A stretch of 64,000 nt of DNA from an uncultured bacterium (GCA_963749495.1 CAVVMW010000021.1:256001-320000), one strand, 5' to 3'; counted from the first letter of the stretch, positions 18,831 through 28,568 are shown. Numbers and translations: made by a program. Notes: a model not told the origin generated them from the letters alone.

Positions 18831-18965
18831 CAAGCACACTTTCCTGTTGTATTTGCGACTGGAAATCTCCACCACGGGCAGGCGTCCTGCCTGCTCATGA
18901 CCCGCCTGCGGAGTGAAGTCCAGCCAGATCAAATCGCCGCGTTCTGGAGCGTATTCGGCTTTCAC
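18830..18965 (-). pseudogene. mazF: 3'-truncated MazF toxin
   Basis: PERGDLIWLDFTPQAGHEQAGR.P...YNRK, then homology ends. Confidence 0.85.
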
Positions 18966-19210
18966 CAGACCTCTCTGCCTGTTGGCTCGCCCCAGTTGGC
19001 TTCTGAGTGCAAATTCGCTTTCTGCACCTTGGCCAGGAGAGCACCCAACCTGTAGCGGACTTTTCGCACGGGGCTGATCACCAGCGTCCCCGACTTCAAC
19101 TGAAGATCAACCTCCGTGCCGCTTCCCAAGCGAGTCTCCTGGGCAAACGCGCGCGGAATGCGGACGGCCAGACTGTTGCCCCATCTTTGCACGGCTGTTC
19201 TCATCCTCAT
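18962..19210 (-). CDS. mazE: MazE/AbrB antitoxin
   Basis: VQRWGNSLAVRIP...NLHSEANWGEPTGREVW. Confidence 0.92.
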   Translation of the reverse strand: MRMRTAVQRWGNSLAVRIPRAFAQETRLGSGTEVDLQLKSGTLVISPVRKVRYRLGALLAKVQKANLHSEANWGEPTGREVW

Positions 19211-19236
19211 GTGTTGAAGCCCGGTGCTGACACCGA

Positions 19237-19413
19237 TCAGTCGGGATCCAATTCAGCCTTGGCCTGTTCCCAGGGAATCAGAGGCTCATTGCCGTTTTCC
19301 ACGATGGCGGCCTGCAAGTCCCGCAGGTCTTCCAAGTCCTCGACGCGTTCTTGCAGGCGCTCCACGGTCTTGGCCAGGGCCTCGACTTTTTGCAGCACGA
19401 CCGCATCATTCAT
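19237..19413 (-). CDS. Orphan antitoxin-like small protein
   Basis: ERVEDLEDLRDL...IPWEQAKAEL tail typical of RelE-partner antitoxins; no toxin follows. Confidence 0.6.
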   Translation of the reverse strand: MNDAVVLQKVEALAKTVERLQERVEDLEDLRDLQAAIVENGNEPLIPWEQAKAELDPD

Positions 19414-19503
19414 AGGCTTCTTTTCTGTCTTTGACAGCATACACTTTGCCAGGACACCTGCTTCTCTGTTGCCACCCAGGAGCGGAGGTGAGACAGTGGC
19501 GGC

Positions 19504-20208
19504 ATGAAAGCGAATTTGAAACCAGCCAACCCAAAAGCGCGGGCCTTGCTCAGAAAGCTGCAAGCCCTGGCCGAGCGGGGAATTGACGGCGAGAGAATCT
19601 CGGCTCAAAAGAAAATTGCCCGGCTCAAAGCGCGGCTCGACTTCACCGGACCAGACCCCACTGAGACACCGGATTTGTTTCTTGGCAATTTCAAGCGTTC
19701 GACAACGGCAAGGTGGATTTACTCTTTCAGCAGGAATGATTTTGATCTGGCCAATTCCGTGAAATGGGCGATTGAATCGGCAACTAAAATCCCGTGCGTG
19801 TATCGGGACAGCGAGCTGCTGGCCGAAGCGACGCCCAGCACGGCAAACAGGCTGACGGAAATTGCCGCTCACATCACCCGCAGTTTCCGGGCCCTCCTTG
19901 ACCAATTTAGCACGGTTGGTGGGGTGAGCGCGAAGGATCGGGGTGTTTTTGTCATGGGGTTGTATGATGGAATGATGAACGAAGTGCGCAACGTCGGGCA
20001 ACGGCTGCCGAACCGGCCTGGTCCGACGAAAATGCCCAGGGGGAAGAAACGTGCCGTGACCCGCGCCACCGGCCTCCATATCCATCCATACACGGTGGGT
20101 GTAAGTCTCGGCAAACAAATTCGCTTCTCAGCGCCGTTGGAACAAATCGCCGCTGAATTGGAGGCTGTTACGCAGAAAGGTTTAACTCAGGAGGCATCTG
20201 GAACCTGA
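19504..20208 (+). CDS. Hypothetical protein with DUF2786-like N-terminus
   Basis: LLRKLQALAERGIDGERISAQ; atypical codon usage. Confidence 0.6.
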   Translation: MKANLKPANPKARALLRKLQALAERGIDGERISAQKKIARLKARLDFTGPDPTETPDLFLGNFKRSTTARWIYSFSRNDFDLANSVKWAIESATKIPCVYRDSELLAEATPSTANRLTEIAAHITRSFRALLDQFSTVGGVSAKDRGVFVMGLYDGMMNEVRNVGQRLPNRPGPTKMPRGKKRAVTRATGLHIHPYTVGVSLGKQIRFSAPLEQIAAELEAVTQKGLTQEASGT

Positions 20209-20427
20209 TGGGCGGAGCCGACCTAAGCTGCAGCGCGGGAGATTCGCGACGACGCCCGATCCGGTTGAAGAGCTCCCGCCAAAAAATCATGCGCTGCATC
20301 ATCGAGGCCGAGGAGGAGGCCATGAACTGGCCGAATGTGACCAACGGGTACTGGAGCGGTTCCAGATGCTCGACGCCATGGAAGCCGAGGATGAAAAGAA
20401 CGCTGGCCGGCGCGCATGAAAGGAAAC

Positions 20428-20637
20428 ATGAGTATTGAATCGCTCCAACAAGAACTTGCCGCCTTGCCGGCCCACGAGCGCAGGCGCGTCCAAGCGTTCC
20501 TAGTCGCGCTCGAAGACTCCAATGACGCTCGCTATCGCAGAAAACTGTCAGAGAAGATCGACAGGCCGGCGGAGAAATTCGCGACCCTGGAGGAGTTGGA
20601 TCGGCGGCTGGAGACGGGTCCAGACGAGAAACCGTGA
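20428..20637 (+). CDS. Putative antitoxin (addiction-module-like)
   Basis: MSIESLQQELAALPAHERRR; GTGA-coupled to the next gene. Confidence 0.7.
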   Translation: MSIESLQQELAALPAHERRRVQAFLVALEDSNDARYRRKLSEKIDRPAEKFATLEELDRRLETGPDEKP

Positions 20638-20910
20638 ATTATCGGCTGCTCGTTGACTTCGAGGTCATTGAGTTTCTCGAAGACGCTTTCGCGCCGAGAT
20701 CAACTCCTCCTGAGAAACCGATTCGTCGCAATTCGAGGCCAACCGCGCGCGCATTCCGATTATACGGAACCCGATGACGTTGGGCGCCCGGTTGACATCC
20801 ATATTTGCGGAAAATTCGCCATCAAGTACTGGGAGGACCATGCCGACCGACATATAAAAATTCTTGAGGTTCATTGGCTGATCATCCGCGCCGATAAGCC
20901 CACGCCCTGA
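20634..20910 (+). CDS. Putative RelE/ParE-like toxin; frameshift near 20680
   Basis: VNYRLLVDFEVIEFL joins TLSRRDQ...GRPVDIHICGKFAIKYWEDHADRHIKIL. Confidence 0.55.
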
Positions 20911-21057
20911 ATTGTAAATTGAGCCGGCGCCGGTGAAAAAGGTTACAATGTCTTTGGACCGAGTTCACGAGCAAGAACGGCCGGGTGGAGCTCGGAAAAG
21001 CGGCGAGCTCCATGTTTCTGCCCCCATTGTTATGCCGTTAAGGCCGAGAACGCAAGA

Positions 21058-22392
21058 CTACGCCCTGGGCGGGGCGATGTAGAGGTCCTCGTCTTCGAGG
21101 TGTTTGATGAGCATGTCAACGGTGCGGTCGATGGCGCCGAGGTTTTCCCGCACGACCTTGAGGGCATTGCGCCCGAGCGCCTGGCGGCGCGGCTCATCGG
21201 CCAGCAATTGGCCCAGCACCTTTTCGAGTCCCGCCGGGTCGCGCACCTGGATGGCCCCGCCCTGGGCCAGGAGGCTGCGGACGATTTCGGCAAAGTTCTG
21301 CATGTTGGGGCCGAAGACCATCGCCTTGCCCATGGCACCGGGCTCGATCGGGTTCTGGCCGCCTGCTGCCGTGAGGCTCTTGCCCACGAAAATCACCGTG
21401 GCGTGCTCGTAAAAATAGCGCAACTCGCCGGTCGTATTGACCAGGAGGCAGTCCAGTTCGCCGGCCTGGAATTGGGTCTGGGCGGTGATTTCGTTGCGGT
21501 AGATGAATCTGACCCCGCGGGTCTGCAATTCGCGGCCCGCCTCGCGGCTGCGCTCGAAATGGCGCGGCACCAGCACCAGGAACAGGTTCGGGAAGCGGGC
21601 GCGCAGACGGAGGAATTGCTCGGCCAGGATGGCCTCTTCGCCGGGGTGCGTGCTCCCGCCAACCAGCAGTTGGGCGTTGACGGCCACGCCCAGTTGGCTT
21701 AAAAGGTGCGGCACGTCCAGCATCCGGCGTTCCTCCAACCGGGCGGCGTCGTATTTGAGACTGCCCACCACCTGGATCGCCTCGGGCCGGCAGCCCAGTT
21801 CCCGCAGCCGGGCGGCATCCGCATCGCTTTGCGCCCCCACCCCCGCCAGCGAGCGAAAAAGCGGCCGAAACAGCCAGCCAAACCGCTTGTAGCCCCGGTA
21901 TGACCGCTCCGAGAGGCGCGCGTTGGCCAGGAACACAGGAATGCCGATCTCGCCGGCGCGCCAGAGAAAGTTCGGCCAAATCTCCGCCTCGACCAGGACG
22001 ATGGCCAGGGGGTGAATGGTGCTCAGGGCGCGAACCACGTAGTTGCGCCGATCCAGGGGGTAATAGATCTTGCTGACATGGGTTGGCAGCTTGCGCTGCA
22101 ACTCGCCCATCCCGGTCGTGGTGGTGGTGGACACAACGATCTTCAGATTGGGCAAGCGGGGTTCCAGGGCCTGGATGATCTGCGTGCAGACGTTGACCTC
22201 GCCCACGCTCACCGCGTGTATCCAGATGCGGTCCCGGTTGGTCAGCGCCTGCTTGAGCTTGGTGTCGTAAAGGCCAAACCGCTGGGAAAAACCCTTCTGC
22301 CAGTTGCCCCGCCGCTGCATCCTCCAAAAATAATACGGCGAGGCCAATGTAGAAAATACCGCAAACAGGATGTTATAGAGAGTACGCACCAA
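21058..22392 (-). CDS. waaA: 3-deoxy-D-manno-octulosonic acid transferase
   Basis: WIHAVSVGE, NARLS, GSLKYD, GSTHPGEE, VPRHFER, GGQNPIEP. Confidence 0.96.
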   Translation of the reverse strand: MVRTLYNILFAVFSTLASPYYFWRMQRRGNWQKGFSQRFGLYDTKLKQALTNRDRIWIHAVSVGEVNVCTQIIQALEPRLPNLKIVVSTTTTTGMGELQRKLPTHVSKIYYPLDRRNYVVRALSTIHPLAIVLVEAEIWPNFLWRAGEIGIPVFLANARLSERSYRGYKRFGWLFRPLFRSLAGVGAQSDADAARLRELGCRPEAIQVVGSLKYDAARLEERRMLDVPHLLSQLGVAVNAQLLVGGSTHPGEEAILAEQFLRLRARFPNLFLVLVPRHFERSREAGRELQTRGVRFIYRNEITAQTQFQAGELDCLLVNTTGELRYFYEHATVIFVGKSLTAAGGQNPIEPGAMGKAMVFGPNMQNFAEIVRSLLAQGGAIQVRDPAGLEKVLGQLLADEPRRQALGRNALKVVRENLGAIDRTVDMLIKHLEDEDLYIAPPRA

Positions 22393-22539
22393 TGCCGTCC
22401 GTTATACTCCTTCAGTGTGGCAATTCACTCTCGGAGCGTCAATTCCATTCCGGGCACGAGAATCGAGCGGGGCGCATCTCGCCTTTGTCGGCCTTCCGCA
22501 AGCCGGGCAATTGGAGCGTGGCGTCGGGAAGCCGCGAGG

Positions 22540-22617
22540 TTTTGGACTGCGCCAGTCCTCTGGCGCTTTTGCGTCCCCAGGGTCCGAAAAGCGGCAGAGG
22601 ACTGGCGCAGTCCAAAA
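22540..22617. repeat. Palindromic repeat family A (core of a ~220-bp composite)
   Basis: 78-bp palindrome; flanks shared with the copies at 46862 and 63431. Confidence 0.9.
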
Positions 22618-22701
22618 CGCTTCGCGACTTCGGACGCGCACTCCAATCGCCCGGTTCGGCCGGGCCCGACGAAGATGAGACGGGCCCGATCGAGAGGGCG
22701 C

Positions 22702-22962
22702 TTAGGCCTGCGCGTTCTCCAACGCCAGCGCCTGGTCCGGGAGTATCACCGGGATGTCGCGCCAGATGGGGTAGAGGCAGCGGCCATCAGCCCGGACCAG
22801 GCCGCCCTGGAGGATCTCCTTGACGGGCTGGCCGGCACGATTGCGCATCGAGCCGCCGGCGATGAGGCGGTTGAGTTGCTCGATGAGCGCCGGCTCTGCC
22901 TGGCGCAACTCCTGGTGCGTCTCAGGGCAGCGCAAGATCTCAAGCAATCCGGGTTTGATCAT
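22702..22962 (-). CDS. Trm112-like small protein
   Basis: LLEILRCPET...YPIWRDIPVIL. Confidence 0.85.
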   Translation of the reverse strand: MIKPGLLEILRCPETHQELRQAEPALIEQLNRLIAGGSMRNRAGQPVKEILQGGLVRADGRCLYPIWRDIPVILPDQALALENAQA

Positions 22963-23040
22963 GTTTGGGGAGAGGCTCGACAATTTCGAAATCGCGCATT
23001 GGGACCATGAACCGGGCGGGCGCCGCCGCCGCGCGAAGCG

Positions 23041-23118
23041 TTTTGGACTGCGGCAGTCCACTGCCGCTTTTTGGACGCTGGGGGCGCGAAAGCGGCAGAG
23101 GACTGCCGCAGTCCAAAA
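23041..23118. repeat. Palindromic repeat family A
   Basis: TTTTGGACTGCGGCAGTCC...GGACTGCCGCAGTCCAAAA. Confidence 0.9.
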
Positions 23119-23137
23119 CCTTGCGGGTTTCGACAGT

Positions 23138-24452
23138 TCATGGAGCGGGCGGCAGGGCGCGCAGCGCCGCCTCATAGACCTGCTTGAGGGGCACATTGGC
23201 CTGCTGTGCCAGGTTCTTGCACGACTCGAACTCCGGAGCGGCCTGGACGACGCGCCCGTCAAGCCGGCCGAGCTTGACCTGGACCGGGCCCTGCGGTGTG
23301 GAAACCGTTATCCACTCGCGGGCCAGTTTGCGCCGCTCGGCAGTGTAACGGCGCACGCCGAAGGCGGTGGTCTCGAGCAGGATCAACTCGCTGAACTTGT
23401 CGGCCTCGTCGGCGGCGCAGAGCACGCTCAGGAGCACGCCCGGCCGGTTCTTCTTCATCTGGATCGGCGTGTGGAACGCGTCCAAAGCGCCGGCCCCCAG
23501 GGCACGCTCGATGAAATGGCCCAGCACCTCGGGGTTGACGTCGTCGAGGTTGGTTTCGAGCACCGTGACGGTATCAATTTGCCAATCGTGGGCCTGGCCG
23601 GCCGCCACAGTTGAGCCGGGTCCCGGGCGCTCAGCGGCAAGCCCCCCGCTGCACGAGGCCTCCCCGAGTATCGCCCGCAGCACGTTGGGCCGGCTCCGAT
23701 TGTCCCGAGTGCCCAGGCCGAAACCGATCCTCTCGGCCGCCAGGTTCCGCATCGGGCCAAAGGTCTCGACCAACTCTGCCAGCAGGGCGGCGCCGGTCGG
23801 CGTGACCAATTCGTGCGGCTCCTCGCATTGCGAGACCGCTATGCCGCGCGCCCCCAGGATGGCCAGCGTGGCCGGGGCGGGGACCGGAAAGCGCCCGTGC
23901 GCGCAATCGAGCCAGCCGGTGCCATCGACCACCGCGCTGGCCGCCACCGGCGGTCTGCCAAGCATCTCCAAGGCCAGGCACGCCCCGACAATGTCCATAA
24001 TCGAATCCACCGCCCCAACCTCATGAAAGCCGACCTGCTCCGCAGGCAGCCCATGAATGCGGCCCTCCGCCACCGCAATCCGCTCGAAGACGGCCACCGC
24101 CTTTTGCCTGGTCCACGCCGGCAGCGGGCTTGCCTCAATCAGCGGGCGGATCTGGGCGAAGGTCCGGCCATGGCCCTGTTCATGGTCATGGTCATGGGCC
24201 TGGTCATGCCCAGGCCCATGCTCGTGCTGGTGGCTATGGCCCTGCGCGCCGGGCGCCTCGAGGTGGACGTTCGAACTTCACGCCGGCGATGCCGGCCTTT
24301 TGGGCGCGTGTGACGTGGAGGTGATAGCCTTCCAGAGGCAGGTGGCGAAGCTGGCGCTCCCACTGGCCCGCATCGACCCCCAGGTCCAGGAGCGCCCCCA
24401 CCAGCATGTCGCCGCTGATCCCGCTCGACAGATCCAGATAGAGCGTCTTCAT
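23138..24452 (-). CDS. larC: Nickel-pincer cofactor Ni-insertion protein LarC; frameshift near 24272
   Basis: SGISGDM, His-rich stretch, FHEVGAVDSIMD, CAHG, TPTGAA, ETNLDD, MKKNRPG. Confidence 0.92.
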
Positions 24453-25210
24453 TGGGAGTCGTGCGCCAGGGCGTTGATCTGGCTCGCGGCGTAGCCGGCC
24501 CCGAAGCCATTGTCGATGTTCACCACCGTCACCCCGCTGCCGCAACTGTTGAGCATCCCCAGCAGCGGCGCCAGCCCCCCAAAATGCGCCCCATACCCAA
24601 TGCTCGTCGGCACGGCGATAACCGGCCTGCACACCAGGCCCGCCACCACGCTCGGCAGGGCCCCTTCCATGCCGGCGACGACGATGATGACGCTGGCCTG
24701 CTGCAGACTCGGCAGCCGGCCCAGCAGCCGGTGAACGCCCGAGACCCCGACATCCGCAATGCGCTCGACGCGGTTGCCCATGATCTCGGCCGTGAGCGCG
24801 GCCTCCTCGGCTACCGGCAAGTCGCTGGTCCCGGCACAGACCACCGCAATCACACCCGGGCGCTTGGGCAGCGGGCGGGTCTGGATCGTCAGGCACCGGG
24901 CGGTCTGGTGGTAAACCACGCCTTTGAGACGCCGCCGCAGCAGGCGGGCGTGTTCGGGCGTGACGCGCGTGATGAGCACCTGCTGCTCCCGCTCCAGGAG
25001 CTTGCGGGCGATGCCCAGCACCTGCGCCGGCGTCTTGCCCGCGCCGAAAATCACCTCCGGAAACCCTCGCCGCAACGCCCGATGCGTGTCCACCTGCGCA
25101 AAACCCAGGTCCGCCACCGGTGCCGCCTGGAAGGCCCGCAAGACCTCGTCGCGGCCCACGCCACCCGCGCGGAATTTCTCCAGGAGCTGGGTCGCTTTGA
25201 TTGTCGTCAC
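24449..25210 (-). CDS. larB: Nickel-pincer cofactor biosynthesis protein LarB
   Basis: GTSDLPVAEEA, DVGVSGVHRL, AGMEGALPS, PTSIGYG, VVNIDNGFGA. Confidence 0.95.
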   Translation of the reverse strand: MTTIKATQLLEKFRAGGVGRDEVLRAFQAAPVADLGFAQVDTHRALRRGFPEVIFGAGKTPAQVLGIARKLLEREQQVLITRVTPEHARLLRRRLKGVVYHQTARCLTIQTRPLPKRPGVIAVVCAGTSDLPVAEEAALTAEIMGNRVERIADVGVSGVHRLLGRLPSLQQASVIIVVAGMEGALPSVVAGLVCRPVIAVPTSIGYGAHFGGLAPLLGMLNSCGSGVTVVNIDNGFGAGYAASQINALAHDSQ

Positions 25211-25239
25211 GGCGGGACAATGCCACCAAAGCCCGTCCA

Positions 25240-25361
25240 GGGAAAGGCTAAAGGCTAAAGGCTAAAGGCTAAAGTGCCGAAGGGAGGGCGGATCTCAAAG
25301 GGGCATTCTGAACCGTCCTTTCCGTGCTTTAGCCTTTAGCCTTCAGCCTTTAGCCTTTCCA
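25240..25361. repeat. (GGCTAAA)n / (TTTAGCC)n inverted heptamer element
   Basis: GGAAAGGCTAAAGGC...GCCTTTAGCCTTTCC; same family as 11644 and 45388. Confidence 0.88.
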
Positions 25362-25396
25362 TGTAGGGGCGGGCTGATCTAATCTCAGGCACGTCT

Positions 25397-26155
25397 ATGG
25401 CTCAAACGGAATCGAACCCGGTCCCACCCGCTCAGCGCGCCGACGGGCGCCGTCCGAACCAACTCCGCCCCGTGCGCTTTCAGAACAACGTGGCGCCTTA
25501 CGCCGCCGGCTCGACCCTGATCGAATGCGGCCAGACGCGCGTGATCTGCGGCGTGACCGTCGAGGAGAGCGTGCCGCGCTGGCTCAAGGAGCAGAACCTC
25601 TGTGGCGGCTGGGTCACGGCCGAATACTCGATGCTGCCCTACTCGACCTTGCAGCGAAAACAGCGCAACGTGACCCGCGGAAAACTCGACGGGCGCTCGC
25701 AAGAGATTCAGCGCCTGATCGGGCGCTCGATGCGCGCCAGCATCGATCTGCAGAAACTGGGCGTGCGCACGCTCTGGGTGGATTGCGACGTGCTGCAGGC
25801 GGACGGCGGGACGCGCACGGCGGCGATCACCGGGGCCTACGTTGCGCTGAGGCTGGCGGTGAGCAAACTGCTGGGTGAGGGCAAGCTGGCGGAGGACCCG
25901 CTGCTCCAGGCCGTGGCGGCCGTGAGCGTGGGCATTGTGGAGGGGCGTGCGCTGCTGGACCTGTCCTACGGCGAAGACGCCGCGGCAGCAGTGGATTTGA
26001 ACCTGGTGATGAACGCCGCCGGGCAGTTCATCGAGCTGCAAGGCTCGGGTGAAGAGGCCACCTTCACCGAGGCCCAGCTTCACCAGATGCTCACCCTGGG
26101 CAAGGCCGGCATCGAGCAACTCCTGGGCGCACAGCAGCAAGCCCTGGCTGGATGA
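25397..26155 (+). CDS. rph: Ribonuclease PH
   Basis: GWVTAEYSMLP, GRSQEIQRLIGRS, DCDVLQADGGTRTA. Confidence 0.97.
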   Translation: MAQTESNPVPPAQRADGRRPNQLRPVRFQNNVAPYAAGSTLIECGQTRVICGVTVEESVPRWLKEQNLCGGWVTAEYSMLPYSTLQRKQRNVTRGKLDGRSQEIQRLIGRSMRASIDLQKLGVRTLWVDCDVLQADGGTRTAAITGAYVALRLAVSKLLGEGKLAEDPLLQAVAAVSVGIVEGRALLDLSYGEDAAAAVDLNLVMNAAGQFIELQGSGEEATFTEAQLHQMLTLGKAGIEQLLGAQQQALAG

Positions 26156-27127
26156 GCCGGCGCTCGCTCTGGCAGGTCGCGGTGCAGACCTCGCTCGAGG
26201 CCGAAGACGCGGTTCTGGGCATGGCTCCAGGGGGCCTTTGGCCAGCCCGCCTCGTCCTGGACCGATTTGGAGACGCGCCTGGCCACTGTGAGCGTTTGCC
26301 TGGCCAAGAGGCCGGACTGGTCCCGCTGCCGGCGCATCGAACTGGCAGCCCAATTGTGCCGGATCGAGGCCAGCGGGTTGGACATCCGCCCGGGGCGCCT
26401 TCGATTGACAAGGGTGCCCCGCCAGAACTGGGCGGAATCCTGGAAACGCCATTTTCAGGCGATGTCGCTCGGTCCGGCGCTGCTGCTCAAGCCCAGTTGG
26501 AGCCGGCGCCGCCCCCGCAAGGGCCAGGCCGTGGTCGTGCTCGATCCGGGCCTGAGCTTCGGCACCGGGCGGCACCCGACGACCGCCTTCTGCCTGGCAC
26601 AACTGATAGTGCGGCGCCGCCCAGGGACCGCGCAATCGTTGCTGGATGTCGGCTGTGGCTCGGGCATCCTCGCGCTGGCTGCGGCCAAGCTCGGCTACGC
26701 CCCAATCGCGGCCCTGGATTGGGACCCCGATGCGATTCGCGTCGCCATCGCCAACGCCCGCCGCAACCGCGTGTCCGGCCGGATTGAGTTTGCGCGGCAG
26801 GCCCTGGCCCGGATGCCCCGGCGCGCGCAGCGGCGGTTCTCCCTGGTTTGCGCCAACCTCGTTGCCGATGTGCTGCTGGCCGAGCCGCAGCGCCTGGCCG
26901 CGCAGGTCCAACCCGGCGGTGTCCTCGTCCTGGCCGGCATCCTCAAGACCGAGTTCGCCCAAGTCCGCCGAGCCTATGAAGACCTGGGCTTCAAACTGGC
27001 GGCGAGCCGCGCCGACCAGGAGTGGCGATCGGGGGCGTTCGCGTTTCCCCGGGGCGCTCATCGCGGGGCGGAAGCAGGAATGACGAATGACGAAACCGGT
27101 GCGCCCGCCAAAATCTCCTCTGCATGA
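26152..27127 (+). CDS. prmA: Ribosomal protein L11 methyltransferase; frameshift near 26220
   Basis: NWAESWK, LDPGLSFGTGRHPTT, LDVGCGSGIL. Confidence 0.92.
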
Positions 27128-27238
27128 TTTTGCCCGCAATGATTTTGCCTTCTCCCCCTGAGAGAGCTTCTGAATGATCCTGTCAAAAATGATTCTGTCT
27201 GTTTTCCCCAAATTGTTCTGCGCAAAACAAGTTTTGAA

Positions 27239-27266
27239 TGGACTTCCTGGAAAATGGTCGTATAAT
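27239..27266 (+). promoter_or_regulatory. Sigma70-like promoter
   Basis: TGGACT-16-TATAAT. Confidence 0.65.
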
Positions 27267-27397
27267 GTGAATGCTTGAAGCAGCCGATGCCAAAGGCAAC
27301 GTATCGGGGATGGTCTCAGGGAAAGCCCCAGCGGCATCCTTCTCGCCTGGCAGCCTTCTTCTGGGCCAGGCCCAACCTGAACAAAGGACATCAAGCT

Positions 27398-27562
27398 ATG
27401 ACCAAGTTGTTGGAAGTCATCAGTGAAGTGATTCATAATCCCAAACACCCCTTCCGCAAGGTGGAGGACCAGCCCAAGAAGCCCCAGAAACACCGCTATG
27501 AGCGGCGGAAGGTCCGGGGCTACCTTCACCTGGGTGATTGGGCTTCCAGGGAAGCGGCTTAA
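27398..27562 (+). CDS. Small basic hypothetical protein (54 aa)
   Basis: MTKLLEVISE...KPQKHRYERRKVRGYLHLGDW; AAGGA upstream; own promoter and terminator. Confidence 0.75.
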   Translation: MTKLLEVISEVIHNPKHPFRKVEDQPKKPQKHRYERRKVRGYLHLGDWASREAA

Positions 27563-27582
27563 GAAGACTAAAGTCCAACATT

Positions 27583-27621
27583 AAAACAAAAGGCCACGCT
27601 TTGGCGTGGCCTTTTGTTTTT
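27583..27621. terminator. Intrinsic, probably bidirectional terminator
   Basis: AAAACAAAAGGCCACGC-TTTG-GCGTGGCCTTTTGTTTTT. Confidence 0.9.
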
Positions 27622-27717
27622 CCGGCACAACGGGGTGAACACCCCATGGCGCGCGCGGGCTGAATCAGAGATAAGCTCAGAGGATGAAGAGTATTAACCG
27701 AGTTTTTTGTTTTTCCC

Positions 27718-28080
27718 ATGGAAAGGAGAGCGCCATTCGTGCAGACTAGACACACTCAGCCCACCCTCGCCAACCGGCCCCCAAAGCGCCCCGGCAATTC
27801 CAGCCTCGACACGGCCGCATCCAGCGAGAGGCGGGTCGAGTTGAGCCTGCACATGCCCCAGGCCCGCTCGGCCGTCGTGGCCGGCACCTTCAACAACTGG
27901 AACACGCGGCAAACCCCGATGCGCAAAGAATCCGGGAGCGCCTGGAGGGCGACTCTCTCCCTGCCTCCGGGCCGCTACGAATACCGGTTCGTCGTCGATG
28001 GCCAATGGATAAGCGATCCCAACGCGAGGGAACACGTCCCCAATAAATTCGGGAGCACCAACTCGGTGCTGGTCGTCTGA
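27718..28080 (+). CDS. Glycogen-binding (AMPK-beta/CBM48-like early-set) domain protein
   Basis: VAGTFNNW, LPPGRYEYRFVVDGQWISDP, NKFGSTNSV. Confidence 0.9.
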   Translation: MERRAPFVQTRHTQPTLANRPPKRPGNSSLDTAASSERRVELSLHMPQARSAVVAGTFNNWNTRQTPMRKESGSAWRATLSLPPGRYEYRFVVDGQWISDPNAREHVPNKFGSTNSVLVV

Positions 28081-28568
28081 GCCTTTCTCGGGGGGGAGGG
28101 TTTCAGCAGCGATGCAACCCTTTCCGGGTAGTTGCTTAGAGGGCGCGTGACCCAGGGTAGCGCGTTCCGCGCAACAGAAAAAGGAATGTAGAGAACGCGG
28201 GGGCGAGATAAGGCGGGACTCGGGAATACAGAAGTGACTTTGGAGAAGTTGGGTCCGCCCCCGTGTTCTCTACATTCCTGGGTTGAACGAAGCCGCGGCC
28301 CAAGGTTCGTTGGGCCATCCTTGGGGGTACTGCGGAAAGTCCTGGATTTGCCTTTGACTACGGTCTGCGGTCGAGGCTTTTGGGGACGGGCCAGAGCCGT
28401 GCCAACCTGCGCCAGTCCCGGTGCTGACGGGGCGGCAGCGTCGTCGAGGCTCCGGGATCGGCCACTGGCCAGTTGGGACGCTCAAGCGGGTGCCACGCGA
28501 ACAAAGCGCGGGGGTGGGAGTTGGCCCCCCAGCCGGAACGAGCAGTGAGGTGGTCCAGGGCGTAGTTT

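Larger units (their letters stand above)
13395..20910. mobile_element. Degraded genomic island / toxin-antitoxin cluster abutting tRNA-Thr
   Basis: Lower GC, many short TA genes and fragments, internal duplications, possible integrase scrap; right boundary approximate. Confidence 0.65.

Noticed and set aside
13395..20910. Integron cassette array
   Set aside because: No convincing attC sites or IntI; genes lie in both orientations with their own promoters.
22392..23140. Recurrent small ORFs such as [10 protein letters not shown] or [10 protein letters not shown] as a protein family
   Set aside because: They are translations of the family A palindrome in several frames.
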